Positions 48,966-62,729 of a stretch of 64,000 bases of DNA are shown one piece after another. Source of the stretch: Felis catus (Eukaryota). Made by a program: the position numbers and the translations under genes. The notes under the pieces are model-generated. The model was not told the origin of the DNA and ran no database searches. It was given only the letters and a program-made list of their open reading frames with translations. The DNA lies in contig NC_058368.1 in the NCBI RefSeq assembly GCF_018350175.1, forward strand, positions 144,958,001-145,022,000, in the 5' to 3' direction. How positions within the stretch are numbered: position 1 is the first letter of the stretch; each line of letters begins with the position of its first letter.

Positions 48966-50014
48966 ATACATATAAATACGTTCTGCACATTGATTATACA
49001 GGCTTATATGTAAACGTAAAAATACATGTATTGCAATTACACATGGCATATCAGAAATGTGACTTAACATGTCAGGTTTGACGTGACTAAACATTTAATT
49101 AATAAGTTTGCTTGCCCTCTTGGAACTTAATTAATGTGGGTTTTTCTTGTTTCTCTTTTTTTTTTAATGTGAGATTCCTTTGTTTCCTTAAAAATCAGTC
49201 CAGGGAAGCTTAACCTATAAACCTCTCTCAAATACTTTCCTGAATACAATCATTTTATTGACTAGACAGCTGTACTTTGGAAAGGGATCCCGAACTTCTT
49301 CTTTACTACCCTTTAGTATGGCTTTTGATGACAAACTTGATGTGCCATGGGTAATTAATTCAGGATACTAACCAAAGTTCTAAATGAAATTACATTAAAT
49401 CTAAGTAGCTGAGTCCACCTGGATTTGTGTGTTTCTAATGAACACCTGAAAAAGGTTTTAAAAAAAATTCTTCTCGAGATTAACTGAGAGGAACCAAAAC
49501 GATTCTTTAGAATTACTTGCCAAATCTCCAAGCTGTGATCTAGCAACCAATCACAAAACCTTACACACTAGACTGAAAAAAGGAAAACTTTAAGGCAAAG
49601 AGGCAACGTCCTAACCTGGCCTTATATGACTCCCTTTTGAGCCATGCACGGTGGGTTTCACCCTCGTCTAGAAGTCTAGACGGACAATGACTTTAAGAAC
49701 TCTTCGCCTCAAACTTTTCCGCTTCTATGAGTCCACTGTGAAATGTATGAAATTTTTTCTACTTTTAATTCAGTCTGGAAGTTTTCTTATCTTTCATCTA
49801 TCTCTGACTCTTGGCATTTGTGCAGGAGAAACACCTACCTCTACTGAGCAAGGCAAAACGTCATTCTTCATTTGGAGCTACATTCATCAATAGGGTGTTC
49901 AGTTTCCCAGTGTTATATTGTCATGCTAAATTAATCTGAGTTCTTTTCTTGTGTTGTTTAACATTGTCACTGACTCACTGGCCTAAGGAGACTCTCTTCT
50001 TTCTCTCTTTTTTT

Positions 50015-50198
50015 CTTTAGTTTTATTTATTTATTTTTGAAAGGGCAGTGGAGGGGAATAGAGAGAGAGAATCCCAAGCAGACTCCACACCACAAGTGCC
50101 GAGCCCTATGAGGGGCCTGAAATCATGAAATGCGACATAATGACCTGAGCTGAAATTAAGAGTCAGATGCTTAACAGACTGAGCCACCCAGGAGCCCC
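50015..50198 (-). mobile_element. Can-SINE
   Basis: Reverse head ending ccaggagcccc. Confidence 0.93.
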
Positions 50199-50734
50199 TC
50201 CCTTCCTTTTTTACCATAAATCTTTTATATTGATAAATATTTATCAAATCAGATGATATATTCATATGCCTTTAAGTGAAACACTTCTCAACATTTAAGG
50301 ATTATTTAAAAGTTATAGATTATTTATAAAGAAAACACAATATGATTTCCTCAAAATAATATTGTATAGCATAAATGCTATGCTATTTATTTTTCCATGG
50401 CTCTCACCCTAACAGTGGCCATCAATGACTAGTTTAAAGTACAAATGGAGAAGAATAAACTTAAAATATCCAATGTAGTGGCTTGCAAAAAGAAAAGAAA
50501 AAAATATAACAAAATTAGGAGGGCAAAGTCATTTGTCTTGCAGTAAAACTCATTCATATTTTCCCATATAAAAATTACAATCTGCACATAACTTGAGCCC
50601 AAAAAAGTTTAACAGCAGCCCCACAGAAATTATTATATCCTTTTCCAACTTTTATGCCTCATGTGGAGAGTAACTTTCAAATGCAATACAAGAAGTTAAT
50701 AAAAATAGTAAGGTATTAGTTATAATACCAATAG

Positions 50735-51100
50735 CAGAGGCAGCAGCTAACGTTATTAAATGCTTACTACACACCAGATTGTGTTAAAAACGTCATATGA
50801 ATTATCATATTTTAAAAATATTTACTGAAGTATAATTAACATACAGTGTTATTTTAGTTTCAGATGTATAATATAATGATTCAACAATTCTATACATTAC
50901 CTCATGCTCATCACAATACGCATAGTCATCATCATATCAATTACCATGTTTAATCCTAACACCTCTATTAGATACATATCATTATTAGCCCCATTTAATA
51001 GAGAAAAAGCTTTAGAGGAATTAAGAAACATGTCCAAAATGAGACGATTCAAATGGGATTTAAACCCAGGAAGACAGGCAAAGAGTACACTTATAAACTT
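50735..51100 (-). mobile_element. MIR interrupted by a short antisense L1 3' end (~50808-50930)
   Basis: MIR ctaacgttattaaatgcttact…attattagccccattt…; L1 tail tttactgaagtataattaacatacagtgttattttagtttcag. Confidence 0.75.
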
Positions 51101-51546
51101 TTCAAAAATATAATAAGAGCATGTCATAATTTTGTAACTACTCATTTAAATTAAATTTTCCTTTATTCAGCAATTACATATGTATAGCCTAGATAACAGG
51201 TTAAGGATACCACATCAGTGACTACTTCCAAATAACAATCAGATGCTGCCTGAAATACAGAGCCACAGAGCCCCACCCACACTGACGCCACCCTGTGAAG
51301 TACTCTTGGTATTGTTCTTCTTTGCCACTCCAACATCCTGAAGAATTTCAGTGCTTGGAAAGGATCAGGGTGGCATTATGAAAACCACAGTGACCTAGTA
51401 TGTTACTTAGAAAATAAATTTTACTTATAAAGACATGCTATATGATTGAATTTACATTGTTTCTAGTTTGTTTTTTTTTAATGTGTGCAAATTTAATAAG
51501 AACAAAGGAAGGGGCCAAAGATAAAAGTACTAAAAGGTGTGAAAAG

Positions 51547-51660
51547 TGGGCACCTGGCTGACTCAGAACAGTGTGGGACTCTTGATCTCAGAATCATGAG
51601 TTTGATCCCCACATTGCGTGCAGAGATTAGTAAAAATAAACAAATAAATAAACTTTTTAA
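51547..51660 (+). mobile_element. Short-type Can-SINE
   Basis: gggcacctggctgactcag…agagattag; TSD aaaaggtg…gaaaa. Confidence 0.88.
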
Positions 51661-52324
51661 AAAGGTGCAGAAAACAACGTAAAAGAAAGAACATGAAAGG
51701 GAACCTGTACAAAAAAGGAAAAGAGAAGAAACTAGATAAAGAGAAAAGTAGAGTATTTAAGAATGAGAAAGATTACAAAAAGTGACAAAAGTAAATTGCA
51801 AATGTACAAAAGTAATTTACACAAGTAAAAGTAAATCATAAAACACACTAATAGCAAAAATAAGAAACAAAAAAAAAAAAAAAGAGAAAAATCTGTGTCT
51901 ATGACCATTCTTTTTTTGTAAGCATCTACGTACTATAGGTCTCATTACTGTTTTTTAGATTTCTGTTCTTTGGTAGCTATTCAGACAGTGCTCACTATTT
52001 TGTAGATCAGGAAAATACTAATTTGATACCCTATTCATTTACTCACATTACCTTTCTCTGTTAACTTTTTTTTAAGTACACAGACTAAAATTCAAGAGCC
52101 TAAATGGTTATATGAAATATTAAAAGTATTTTATTTTATCCTTAAATGTATTTTCTTAATATACTATCACTTTATATTACTCTTCCACAATATAACATTA
52201 GAAAGCATACCTCCTTTCAAAGTTAAATATATTACTTACAACTGTCAAAGGTAGAAGCTCTTTCCAACCTGCCAATGATATCTTTGTTATAATAAAACAA
52301 CAAAAAAAGAATGATACTGTCTTA

Positions 52325-52521
52325 ATTTTTTTTAATGTTTGTTTCTTTTTGAGGTGGGGGGAGGAGCAGAGAGAGGTGGGCAAAGGATCCAAAGTGGGCT
52401 CCGAGCTGACAGCACAAAGCTGGATGCAGGGCTCAAACTCATGAACTATGTGTGAGATCATGACCTGAGCTGAGACCCAGAGTCAGACACTTAAGCTCCT
52501 GAGCCAACCAGCAGACACCCC
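52325..52521 (-). mobile_element. Can-SINE
   Basis: Reverse SINE; TSD aagaatgat. Confidence 0.9.
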
Positions 52522-52539
52522 AAGAATGATGTTTTCTTA

Positions 52540-52675
52540 TTTGAAAGTTGCTAAGAGTGTAGATCTTAAAAGTTTTCATCACAAGGAAAAAAAAAATTGT
52601 AACTATGTACAAATCATTACACTGCATAACTAAAACTAATACAATGTTACATGTCAATTATACCTCTCTTTTAAA
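52540..52675 (+). mobile_element. Short L1 (L1MA-type) 3' end
   Basis: ttgaaagttgctaagagtgtagatcttaaaag…gtcaattatacctc; TSD atgatgtttt. Confidence 0.85.
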
Positions 52676-52829
52676 AAATGATGTTTTTCTGTGTGGTCTT
52701 TTTTGCAAGCTAATATCCCTTTACTTACATAAATATAATTTATATGTAAATATATATAAATATAAACATACAAATTTAAATAAATGAATAAATAATTTAA
52801 ATAAATAAATTTAAATAAAAATAAAAAAA

Positions 52830-53031
52830 ATTTTAATGTTTATTTATTTTTGAGAGAGAGTGACAGAGTGTGACCGGGGGAGGAGCAGGGAAAGGGACAC
52901 AGAATCTGAAGCAGGCTCCAGGTTCTGAGCCGTCAACAAAGAGCCTGACGCGGGGCTCAAACCCTTGAACAGTGAGATCAGGACCTGAGCTGAAGTCGGA
53001 CGCTTAACCGACTAAGCCACCTAGGCGCCCC
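52830..53031 (-). mobile_element. Can-SINE
   Basis: Reverse head ending ctaggcgcccc. Confidence 0.95.
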
Positions 53032-54199
53032 TAAATAAATAACTTTATATAAATACCTCCATTCACCCTAAAACCTGGAATTTATTACTTATGAACAAAG
53101 TTAAGAACAATGCTTTAACCTTAAGTATTTAATACAAACCCAAATTCAACCAAAAGGTTACCTTATTTCACAGGATTAAAAGAATGTGTGATACACCCCA
53201 GCTCACTCAAAAACATCACTGGAATTCCTTCTAACACAAATGAAAATTTGATTACAAATAAAAACTGCCTTTATTAAACTATTCAAAAACCCACTGATTC
53301 ACAACTGGGGAAATACATTTATAAATTAACTTCTGAATGGTTGAAAATATATCCAAGGAACCTAAGTGGAAACACATAAAATGCAACTTCTTCTGGGAAA
53401 AAAAATCTTCATTTTATACATGTTCAAGAACAGCCATCCATTCTGTCAAACTAGTTACCAAGAATGCTTGAATACGTTCTTGAGTCATCCAGAAATGTTG
53501 TAGCACAAAATTAAAATGGTGATAACCTTCCTGTCACTGCAACTGGTTTTAGACATCACTTCAGTTTTTAAAAATTGAGAAGAAATTTTAATATGCCAAA
53601 AAAGGTACTGAATAATGAAAATGGAACCTATTTAAATCATCACCTAGGTGAGCTGTTGATAAATTGCTGTTAAAAAACAAAACAAAAAATAAAAAGAACT
53701 CTGGTCATTAAAGGTAGTGATATCTGGGAACACTCTAGGAATAGAGTCTAGAACGTTTCAGGCAAAAATTAATTTCTAATTACTTATTATCATAATACCT
53801 TAGAAAAAAACCAACTTATACTTTTCCCATGCATGCTCCACTCAGTCTGGTGAGGAGGAAGAAAATACAAAGAGGCAGTCAAGGAATAACACTGTGACCT
53901 GGGATGAATTTCTTGCCATCACCTCTTGGCAATGGAGACTCCAAAGCTATGACTACTTTCTCTGATACTGCCTTCCTCTCCGATAGTACTCTCAGTAGAA
54001 AATTGAGATGTATCTCAATAGAAAATGGGCCAATCAATCAATCAACTTCAGTGAAATAAATTTGCTCTCTATCCCAAAATATATAATCTTTTTTTAAAAA
54101 AAGCAACTAGAGCAAAGTAACAGGATGAATGAATTAAAAATATTTATACATGTTTACATTGTGTGTGTGTGTGCTATACTTTAATAAAAATTCACTTAT

Positions 54200-54360
54200 T
54201 TTAAAAATCAGGAAATGAGCCTCAGAAAGTTTCATTAACATAGTGCTTATGTTACATGCTCACATGGCATAGAAAAGGTAGAACCTGGATACAAACTATC
54301 TATTCATCTCTCTGACTCCAAAGACACTGGCTGCTTTTGGTGATTATACTATACTGTCTT
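54200..54360 (-). mobile_element. MIR fragment
   Basis: caggaaatgagcctcagaaag…ctgactccaaag. Confidence 0.6.
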
Positions 54361-54384
54361 CCACTCAAATGAAGTGCACCAAAA

Positions 54385-55360
54385 TAATTAATCATTCCAT
54401 ATATATTAAATGTTTATATGAAATGCACTAGGCATTGTGCTGGGTACTAGAAACTTATAACTATATAGTGGTAAGAAATTATGCCAATAATTAAAATTTA
54501 TTTTTGATCTTAGCCATTGCCATATATGCATAAATAAAAGGTAAGTCCTATACAGAAGTATATCCTTTGAAGGAATCAAGAAAGGCTTTATGAAGAAAAT
54601 GGTATCTAGGATAGCTCAAAAGATGGATTAAGTTTAACAGATTTAACCGTTAGAAAACATCAGGGAAACATTTCCAAAGCCATGTGACTGAGAAAGGGCT
54701 GGATGTTTTAAAGTACCGGGTTTAAGCATAGCTTTAATGTATATACACAGGAAAACATTCTAGCAAACATGACTGAAGCAGATGGGAGTAGAAACTAATG
54801 GAACTAATAGAAGCAGATAATCATGAATCTTAATGCCAGGTAAAGAAATGTGGATTTCTTCCTGAAAGTACTAAGAAATCATTAAACATTTTTGAGCACA
54901 GGAATTACATGATTAAAGCAATAATTTTGGAACTATTAGTCTGGTATCAGGGAAGGTAGCAAGAGGCAAAAATCATTTGGAGGATGTTGGCAGAGAGGGG
55001 GAGGAGTCAAACATTCATTTCAAATCCTGGGAGGATAGAAGAAAGATTACATCAGAAAAAGAATTGTGAAATCTAGAAGGGACAAACAAGTTTCTTATTG
55101 TTTTTTCACATTTTCTTTGTTTAGGTTTGGCTAGGGGTGGGGTGATTTTGCTTTTAAAACCCTGAATTGAAAGTGGCAGACTGATATACAAGTGTAAATG
55201 TCCAAGAGACCAAATGGAGAGAGAAGATTAAAGCTTGAAAGGGACTGGAGAGTCATCCTATTGAGGATAACAAAATCAATGATGAGGGCAAAAGAGAAAA
55301 ATTAGCATGGAAGCAGTTCTGAGTATTAAGGTGCAAGAAGAGGACTGACAAAGGGAAAAG
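54385..55360 (-). mobile_element. L2 remnant
   Basis: ctaggcattgtgctgggtact; atgccaggtaaagaaatgtggatttcttcctgaaag; tttgagcacagg. Confidence 0.7.
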
Positions 55361-55756
55361 AGATCACATTACATTAATATGTACAGACCTCATTATGGAT
55401 GATTTAAAGATGAGTAACTTCACTATGTTTTTCATTTTAACCTTAGCTGTTTCTGTCCTCATCTACTGTACAGATAGGAGTGGACATATTCTGGTTACAA
55501 AATATATGCGTTCAACCCTATAGTTTCAAGTAACTAACAGCAAAAATAGCACCTGGCCCTTCAGCGCAGGCATGCACACGCACTGACGCACACATGCATG
55601 TGCGAGCACACAAACACACACATGCACAATATTAAGTAATTGGATAAAGGCTTTCACAATAAGGAAAGGAAGCTGTCAAAGAGCCCCTAGATACTACCTG
55701 GTGAATAGTTTTGCCAGTTCCTGTCATTTAACTGCCAGCAACAATTTTTCACATTA

Positions 55757-55886
55757 ATTATATATATATATATATTATATATATATTATATATAATATAT
55801 ATATATATTATATATATAATATATATATTATATATATTTTATATATATTTTAAATTATATATAAATATATAATTATAATTATATAT
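55757..55886. repeat. (TA)n low-complexity tract
   Basis: Pure AT alternation. Confidence 0.95.
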
Positions 55887-57544
55887 TTTGCACCACGTAT
55901 TCATAAGAACTTGCCAGTAGGTATGCTTTTTTAATTTAAGAGATGCTTTAATTTCTGATCTTAATTTGATAGTAATTCAACAATTTAGTTTTCAGTTTAT
56001 CTACCCTCCAGCCCAGTTAAGGAGTTGATGTTCTAGAAATAACATATAATGTATTTAAGAAAGCTTACTATTTCAAAGGCCTTGAAGAAATTTTCTGTAA
56101 AACAAACAAAAATTACTGCTTCCTGGTTTCCATTTTGAAAATTTGAATTTTAGGGAAGGAGTGGTATGAGGTTGGGCTAAGTGGCTTTTCACAGAATAGA
56201 AATGCCTGTATTTCCATCAAAGTATAGTCTCTATAAATCAAGATACTAAAGCAGAACTAAAGAAATGGTTTACTACTGTTGAATTTTTTTTCAGAAAAAT
56301 CTAACTGTACAGCAATTAGAAGAAAAAGAAGCTATGCTGGTAGGAGAAGAAACATATTCAGAGTGATATATCCTAAACAGTGGAAAAGTATATTAGGTCA
56401 TACTCTTGGCTTTGCTCAGGTGGGCAGTAAAACACCATCAGCCATGTTAACTCCAAATTCAACTCAAGCTCATGAATATTTACTGAGCACCTACTGAGCC
56501 AGGCGTGTAGGGAAGGATAAATAAGTTGACAATTTGACCAAAAGATATCTAATGCAAAATCAAGACACACACTAGTTTTCTACATTAGTTCTAATTTCAG
56601 ACTGCAAATTTTAATTTTTGGTTGGGGAAACGGCATCACGGTGTCTAGTGTCCCAATCTGGGATTTTCATATCCCCACACTTTATTGTTTTTCTGATTTG
56701 TATTAAAAATACAAAAGCCACAAATTTCTGATTTGTATTAGAAATACTATGTAACCCTGATAAATTGGTTCTGGATGAGAAAGACTGATACCTTATCAGA
56801 GATGATGACAGCTACGATAACAACCCAGATATCTTAAGTACATTTTCAGGCAAGCATATTATATCAAGTACAAGTGTGTTCCATGTCAAGGCATTTATGA
56901 TGCAAAATATTTTAACTGGGATTCTCCTTAAAAAAAGACTTCATGTGTGAGGATAAAAAATGTTTTGTGAACAGAAGGCAAGGACATACGATGACACCAT
57001 ATATTAATATCCAATGGTAATTTTACAGTGCTCAGCTTCTGGGTCGATCAGCTTCTGGGTCTATTTTTTATCCCAGTACCCTATTTTTAAGGCGTAAATG
57101 ATTAAAGGTAATCTTCAATTTAATTATCACTTAATATCTCAGATCTAAAAATGAAGGACAACATATAAACCAAATACAAAATATTCTGCTTTTCTACCTA
57201 GAACACCAAGAAATCCAGGTGAAAATTAAATAAAAACACAAATTTTATAGGTCAAATACACAGTCCACTACTTTGGTTCTCATAGGTACATGAATGATCT
57301 AGTAACTAATGTACTAGTATTAGTACCTAGTACCAACTGATTACAATTCAATCACACCATTTATTGCCAAGGTCTATAACAAACACAGAGAAAATGATTA
57401 GTAGATAAAGTGCAAGTAAGATGAAAAGTCCCCTGAGTCCAAATTTGAAGCTGGAAGTAACTACGAGCATATAATCCCTGAGGGCATATGTGCAGCAATA
57501 CTACAGAGGCCACAGGATTGGTAGAAGGCTTCAAGTGACACCTG

Positions 57545-57612
57545 GGTTAAATGTAAAATAACTGTGTGTTTGACTAAATGATCTGAAAAGTCACCTTCAG
57601 CCCCAAACATCA
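57545..57612 (+). mobile_element. MIR3 3' fragment
   Basis: ttgactaaatgatctgaaaagtcaccttcagccccaaaca. Confidence 0.55.
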
Positions 57613-59040
57613 GTTACTTTATACCTTACAATTTTGTGGAGTCTGTACCATGTTAATAGGAACCTTCAGAACCAAGAAGAAAGAATCCACTGAGAGTAAG
57701 AGTAACTACTAAGTTGAAAAATTCAATTTTGGCCTTTTAAAAGATAGTAGACAGAAAAATGACTTGGCCCATAGAAGACAGAGAGGAAAATGTTTCTGCT
57801 TGGGAAATCTATTACTTATAGCTACTGGTTGCCTAAAATTGAGCATAGTACAATGATTTTTAAGTATATGAGTACAAGGAAATAAAATGTATTTTATGTT
57901 ATATAGAAAACTATAAAAAGAGTAGTCTTATTCTTATAACACAATCTCTTTCTGTGCCTTGTCTCCTCAATATTTCCCATTTGATTGGCTCCTTTCAAGC
58001 AAGAATATGTACTGAAAAGCAATCTAAAACATGAGCTTATATAATTGCTTCAAAAACAAATACCTTGATTAATTTAACTTCATTCTAGCTATAAATTCTA
58101 ATTAATTTTTTTTTCAGAAATTTAGATGTAAAGATCACTAGATCAGAAACAGAAATGTCCTTATCAGTAGCAATCAAGTTCTATCTCAGCTAAGGCTTTG
58201 CTTTTTCCCAGTTTTGTGAAGAGCTCTTAAACTGAATCTCAAAGTAAATAGCTTTTCCCTTGAAATATAAGCACAGTTTGTTTAAGTATTAAGTTAAAGC
58301 TCTGGTTGTTTTGTCTAAGAAAAGCCATCTTCACAAGACAAAAGTATTTGCCTTAGTTTAGGGGTTAGCTCTATGACGAGTTGCTACTTCTTTCTCTTTA
58401 CAAACTTTAAAAAATATTAAAAATAAAATAAGCTAATTAACAAAATTAAGTTCTCTTTATTTTAATGAAATTATACTTTAAACAATTTATGGTACAAAAG
58501 ATGAGACTTCTTCCATTTTAATCATTTAATAATATTTGGTTCAATAAGTATTCTTGTAAATTCACAAAAAGCAAGCATTCTTCTGAAAATTTATATTAAA
58601 CCTAATGTATATGTACTCAAGTTTTGTATTAGACTTCTTTTACACAGTATAATTCTCTAACACATATTTCTCATTTATAGAATATATGCAAGTGACATAA
58701 ATATAAAGATAATTTTGTAATGATTATTGAAATCGGATAGTAAACACATGATCAGATGTGTTACTATCCTGTTTTAACATATAGATAACATTTCAAAATA
58801 TAAATAACAAAGGAACTATTCTGAAAATTAGTTAATCAAACACATAAATAGGTGCTATCCTCATGTATGTTTCTACTTCATCCTAAAAAGTAGACACTTG
58901 ACACATTTTCCATCTGAAATATGGTTTCCTATCATTGCCCAATGAGTTTTAGAATTTATTAGATTAAGGAGAACAGAATTATAAAAACTATTACCAAGTC
59001 ACAGCTTCTTGGCTTTTAAACAGAATAAATGGGGCAGGGA

Positions 59041-59207
59041 GGCAGCACCTGGGTGGCTCAGTTGGTTAAGCATCAGACTTCAGCTCAGGTCATGATCTTG
59101 CAGTCCGTGAGTTCGAGCCTTGCACCTGGCTCTGTGCTGACAGCTCAGAGCCTGAAGCCTGCTTCAGATTCTGTGTCCACCTCTCTGTGTGCCCCTCCCC
59201 TGCTCAT
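59041..59207 (+). mobile_element. 3'-truncated Can-SINE
   Basis: Head and body present; ends at cccctgctcat without A-tail. Confidence 0.9.
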
Positions 59208-59900
59208 TAATAGGTATTATTTAATGAACTTTAAGGATATTTCTACATACATCAGAAATCTGGAGAGAAGAGAATATATCAGCCAATTATTGAGCTATTG
59301 TTAACAACCACGTGGGTTTTTTTTTGGAGTGATCAGTGACATATTCAAATATTTGGCCTAAAATTTTTAATGATTTATCTAGATATTTACCAAGAGTTTT
59401 ATTGTATTATGAGGCAATGATTATTTAGCTGAATTTCTAATAATTCTTGCAATATATCTTACATTTGAAAGAATTAGATAATATACTCAATTTTTTATAA
59501 TGAGTCAAATAGTCATACATAATAACAATGTGTGAGACAGCTTTAGGCTAGGCACTAGGCACTCATGAAATACTTTACTTCTCTTATTAGCACAAAGAAA
59601 GGACTTTTGTTATATAGCTTTGCTATCCTGGAATTGACAACACTTTTAAATTCTATTTTAACCATAAAAATTATTGCAAGGAAACTCAAGTACCGAAGAT
59701 TGGGTCTTATAAAAGTTGCTCTCCAAATAGTTGAGTGGTGTGCCAGAGGAAAACACAGGAAACAAAGGCCAAATAAGGAAACTATATGATATGAAGAAGC
59801 ATGAAAACCAAAACCAACACATATATAAATACTAGACACCTATGCTACACTATAGAATTAAAGAACTGTAATGTTTAGCAGCAAGAAGACCTTCTGGCAT

Positions 59901-60201
59901 TGATAGGGAAAAAATCTGTTATTAGATGGCCAACAGGACTGACAGGGAAATTCCAGTCTCTGACCAGACTCCCCTTCCGGGTTCTTCTTCCTACCCCACT
60001 TGCCCACGCCAAATTACTACTAATGAGGAATGCAGAAGTAACGGACTATAAATTGTTCCCTCTGCTTACACACTCAGGGCTCAGACCTCTGGAGAGTGAT
60101 CTCCTCTGAGCCTGCTGGTGTGAAATAAACTTGCCGCCTCCCAAGATCTCTGAGTGCTGCTTGGTTCTTCCGCTGGGTAATCCAGACTAGGTTCTGTAAC
60201 A
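59901..60201 (+). mobile_element. Solo carnivore ERV-type LTR (~300 bp)
   Basis: TGATAGGGAA…TTCTGTAACA termini; TATAAA ~60047, AATAAA ~60125; TSD degenerate. Confidence 0.75.
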
Positions 60202-61127
60202 GCTGACTGAATATTCAGTCAGGTAGCAGGAGAACAAGTAAGAGCAAGCTGAGGGAGATACATAAAAGTGCTGTGCCCAGAAATTCCATACATAATAAAA
60301 TTATATGTGAAGTATATGCCTAATTTAACTCATTAGGATGAGACAGTTAAAATTTTTTTAAATGATGGCCATAAATACTTTCACATATCTTTTTCACACA
60401 TCTTACTGCATCTTCAAAACAACCTGTGAGTTAAATAGTTTAAGATTATGAAACATAACAAAAGAAATATATAATATGCTTCATTAAAAAAAATAAGAAA
60501 AGTAGATCATCCTATAGTTTTAGAATGAACAAAAACATAAAATACATATATCCTGTGCCTCAGGAGCATGGATGCAAAAAATAATTGTGAGTTTCTGTTT
60601 GCTTCTGAATAGTAATTAATACACGAGTACCTCTCCTCTTCGAGCCACTCATCCTCAATCTTCCCTTAGTCATGTTATTGGGTTTCCCTGGCATATTCTT
60701 TGTCCTTTCCCCCCACCCTGCTTCAGTTCGATTTCAATTTCCTTCTTAAAGCCTTCCCCAGTGAATACAATCTACTAAAATTTTTTCCTTCTGTGTAAAC
60801 TACAATTAAGAAAATCCTAAAACTAGGTTTTATTATAAAATTTCATTTGCAAATCAGTTGTTTGAAAATTAGAATTTCTTTTATGTAAGAAAACATGTTA
60901 TAAAATTTCCAGGCTTTCAATAAAAAAGCCTTTTAAATTTACAATAATAGAAATACTATTTGAGGTGAAAAGTAATAGAAAATTATTTCCTAAGATTCTT
61001 ATAGCTTATAATAAATGCTAGTGTTTATTCAATTAGCAGAACATGAGGAAACATACCAGAGTTCTGTACTGATTCTGAATACAACTTTTGGATGCTTTCT
61101 GGACGGACTTTCAAAGTCTAACTGCAG

Positions 61128-61736
61128 TATACAAAAAAAAAAAAAAAAAAAGAGAGAGAGAGAGAGAGAAAAGTTAACATCACAGGCTTTAGGTTGACAT
61201 CCTTAGAAAGGCCTGGGTGTAAGCACAGCCTTTGGCTGGTTGCTGGGAGTTTTGATTTCAGGAGGGTTCACACCATTCACAAAATGGTGGCTCACTATGT
61301 CTAAACTGCTTGCACAAACAATATGGTTTATACTAAACATCTGCTTTCCTTCTAGGAGTTTGAATTTTGGTATATACTAGGCAGAGGGTGTCTACATGAC
61401 TAGCCCCCCCCCCCCCCAATAAAAACCTTTGACACTGAGCTCAAATGAGCTTCCTGGTAGATGTTTCACATTTGTGACCACAACTAGTTGCTGGAGTAAT
61501 TCAGTGCAACTTGTGTGACCCTACTAAGAAAGGGCTCTTGGAAGCTTAAATTTGAAATCCTCCAGACTTCCTCCTGTGAGCCTTTTGCTTTTTCTTCCAT
61601 CCTTCCCTTGCCTTTTTTTTTTCTTTATAAGTTTTGCTATAATAATTATATCAGCAAGTGTGGCTATATGCTGAGTTCTGTGAATCTTTCTAGTAACTCA
61701 CTGTATTTCTGGGGGTTCTTGGGGCCCCCTGCCCCA
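61128..61736 (+). mobile_element. MER68-like ERVL solo LTR with A/(AG)n expansion at its 5' end
   Basis: agttaacat…atccttagaaaggcctg…caaacaatatggttta…ctaggcagagggtg…aataaaaacc…ctcttggaagctt. Confidence 0.85.
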
Positions 61737-62729
61737 GGCTATTACTATATTTTGTCTCATTTCCATTAAATGTATGAATATTTCATTCTTAATACAAGTA
61801 AAGTAGTAATTGCATTTTGATCCTTCTCATTTGTGATTAAGGTTGTTTGAGGTTCTTCGTAAGAGTATGAGCAAAAGAGAAATATTTTAGTATAATAACT
61901 AAACCATATTTAGAAAAGAAGAAAATTTAAATAAGATGTGTGTACATATGAGGGGAAAAATACTGCTTGAAATAGAATAAACTGAAAAGTGATTTGCAAA
62001 AAGGGTTCAAGGTAATGGAATGAAAGGAAGGAAACCTGGAACAACATTTTCTATGAAGAAGAAAGCAGTGGTAGAGGGAGATGCTGAGTCCAGTGATTCT
62101 CTGTGTTTGCCACCATATTGGTGCAGAACATGTTGGTTGTTAAGTCCCTATGAAGGATGATTACTGACATCTGAAGTACAAGTAGATGAGTACTTAGTAA
62201 ATACTTGTTAACCAAGCTCAATCTTCTCCTAAAATAGCCATGGAGTCACCAAGTTTTCCAAAAAAAATTATGAATAAATGAGATAGTCTTTTCAAAGAAG
62301 TTTTTAAAAAACAACTAATGACAAGATGCCTAGAAACTTTACAACAAACTTATTAGAAACAAAAAAGAAATAAGATCACATATCAAAAATTCAGAGCTTC
62401 AAAAAAATCAAATGGTAGCAAATGAACTTTTACGTGGACAACTAACAGTTGAAAAAGATCTTTAACGGTAAAAAGTTATAATTTGAGATAAGAAAATTCT
62501 GACCACAAAGAAAAACAGGGAAGTCTATGTAATAGAGCATGAGAGGTTCAAATTAGAAGTTAGTTAAAACAAAAAAACAATTCAAGCTCTTACCATGCCT
62601 TTAACCAATAATAAAAAGTTCTTTAAATAAATCAAAAACAGGAAGTCAGATAGATTATAGCTGGTCCACTTAATCTTGGTAAAAATAAATGCACTCATGA
62701 GTAGAAATTATATAGGAAAAGGCAATAAT

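Noticed and set aside
53162..53230. Possible 24-nt or 69-nt minus-strand exon (ttag|AAGG…TGA|gtgagc or …AAG|gtaacc)
   Set aside because: Modest splice signals; part of the sequence resembles a decayed MIR core, and the long form has stops.
12040..57215. AG|GT recursive-splice-like motifs on - (near 12057, 14698, 18947, 22608, 40538, 57197)
   Set aside because: None combines a strong pyrimidine tract with a GTAAG-quality donor; expected by chance in AT-rich DNA.
359..59207. tRNA genes
   Set aside because: A/B-box sequences are tRNA-derived SINE heads, not cloverleaf tRNA genes.
280..59304. Many 60-130 aa ORFs with AQSV/SAQVMIS/EPASDSVSPSL or ERERE motifs
   Set aside because: Translations of Can-SINEs in various frames.
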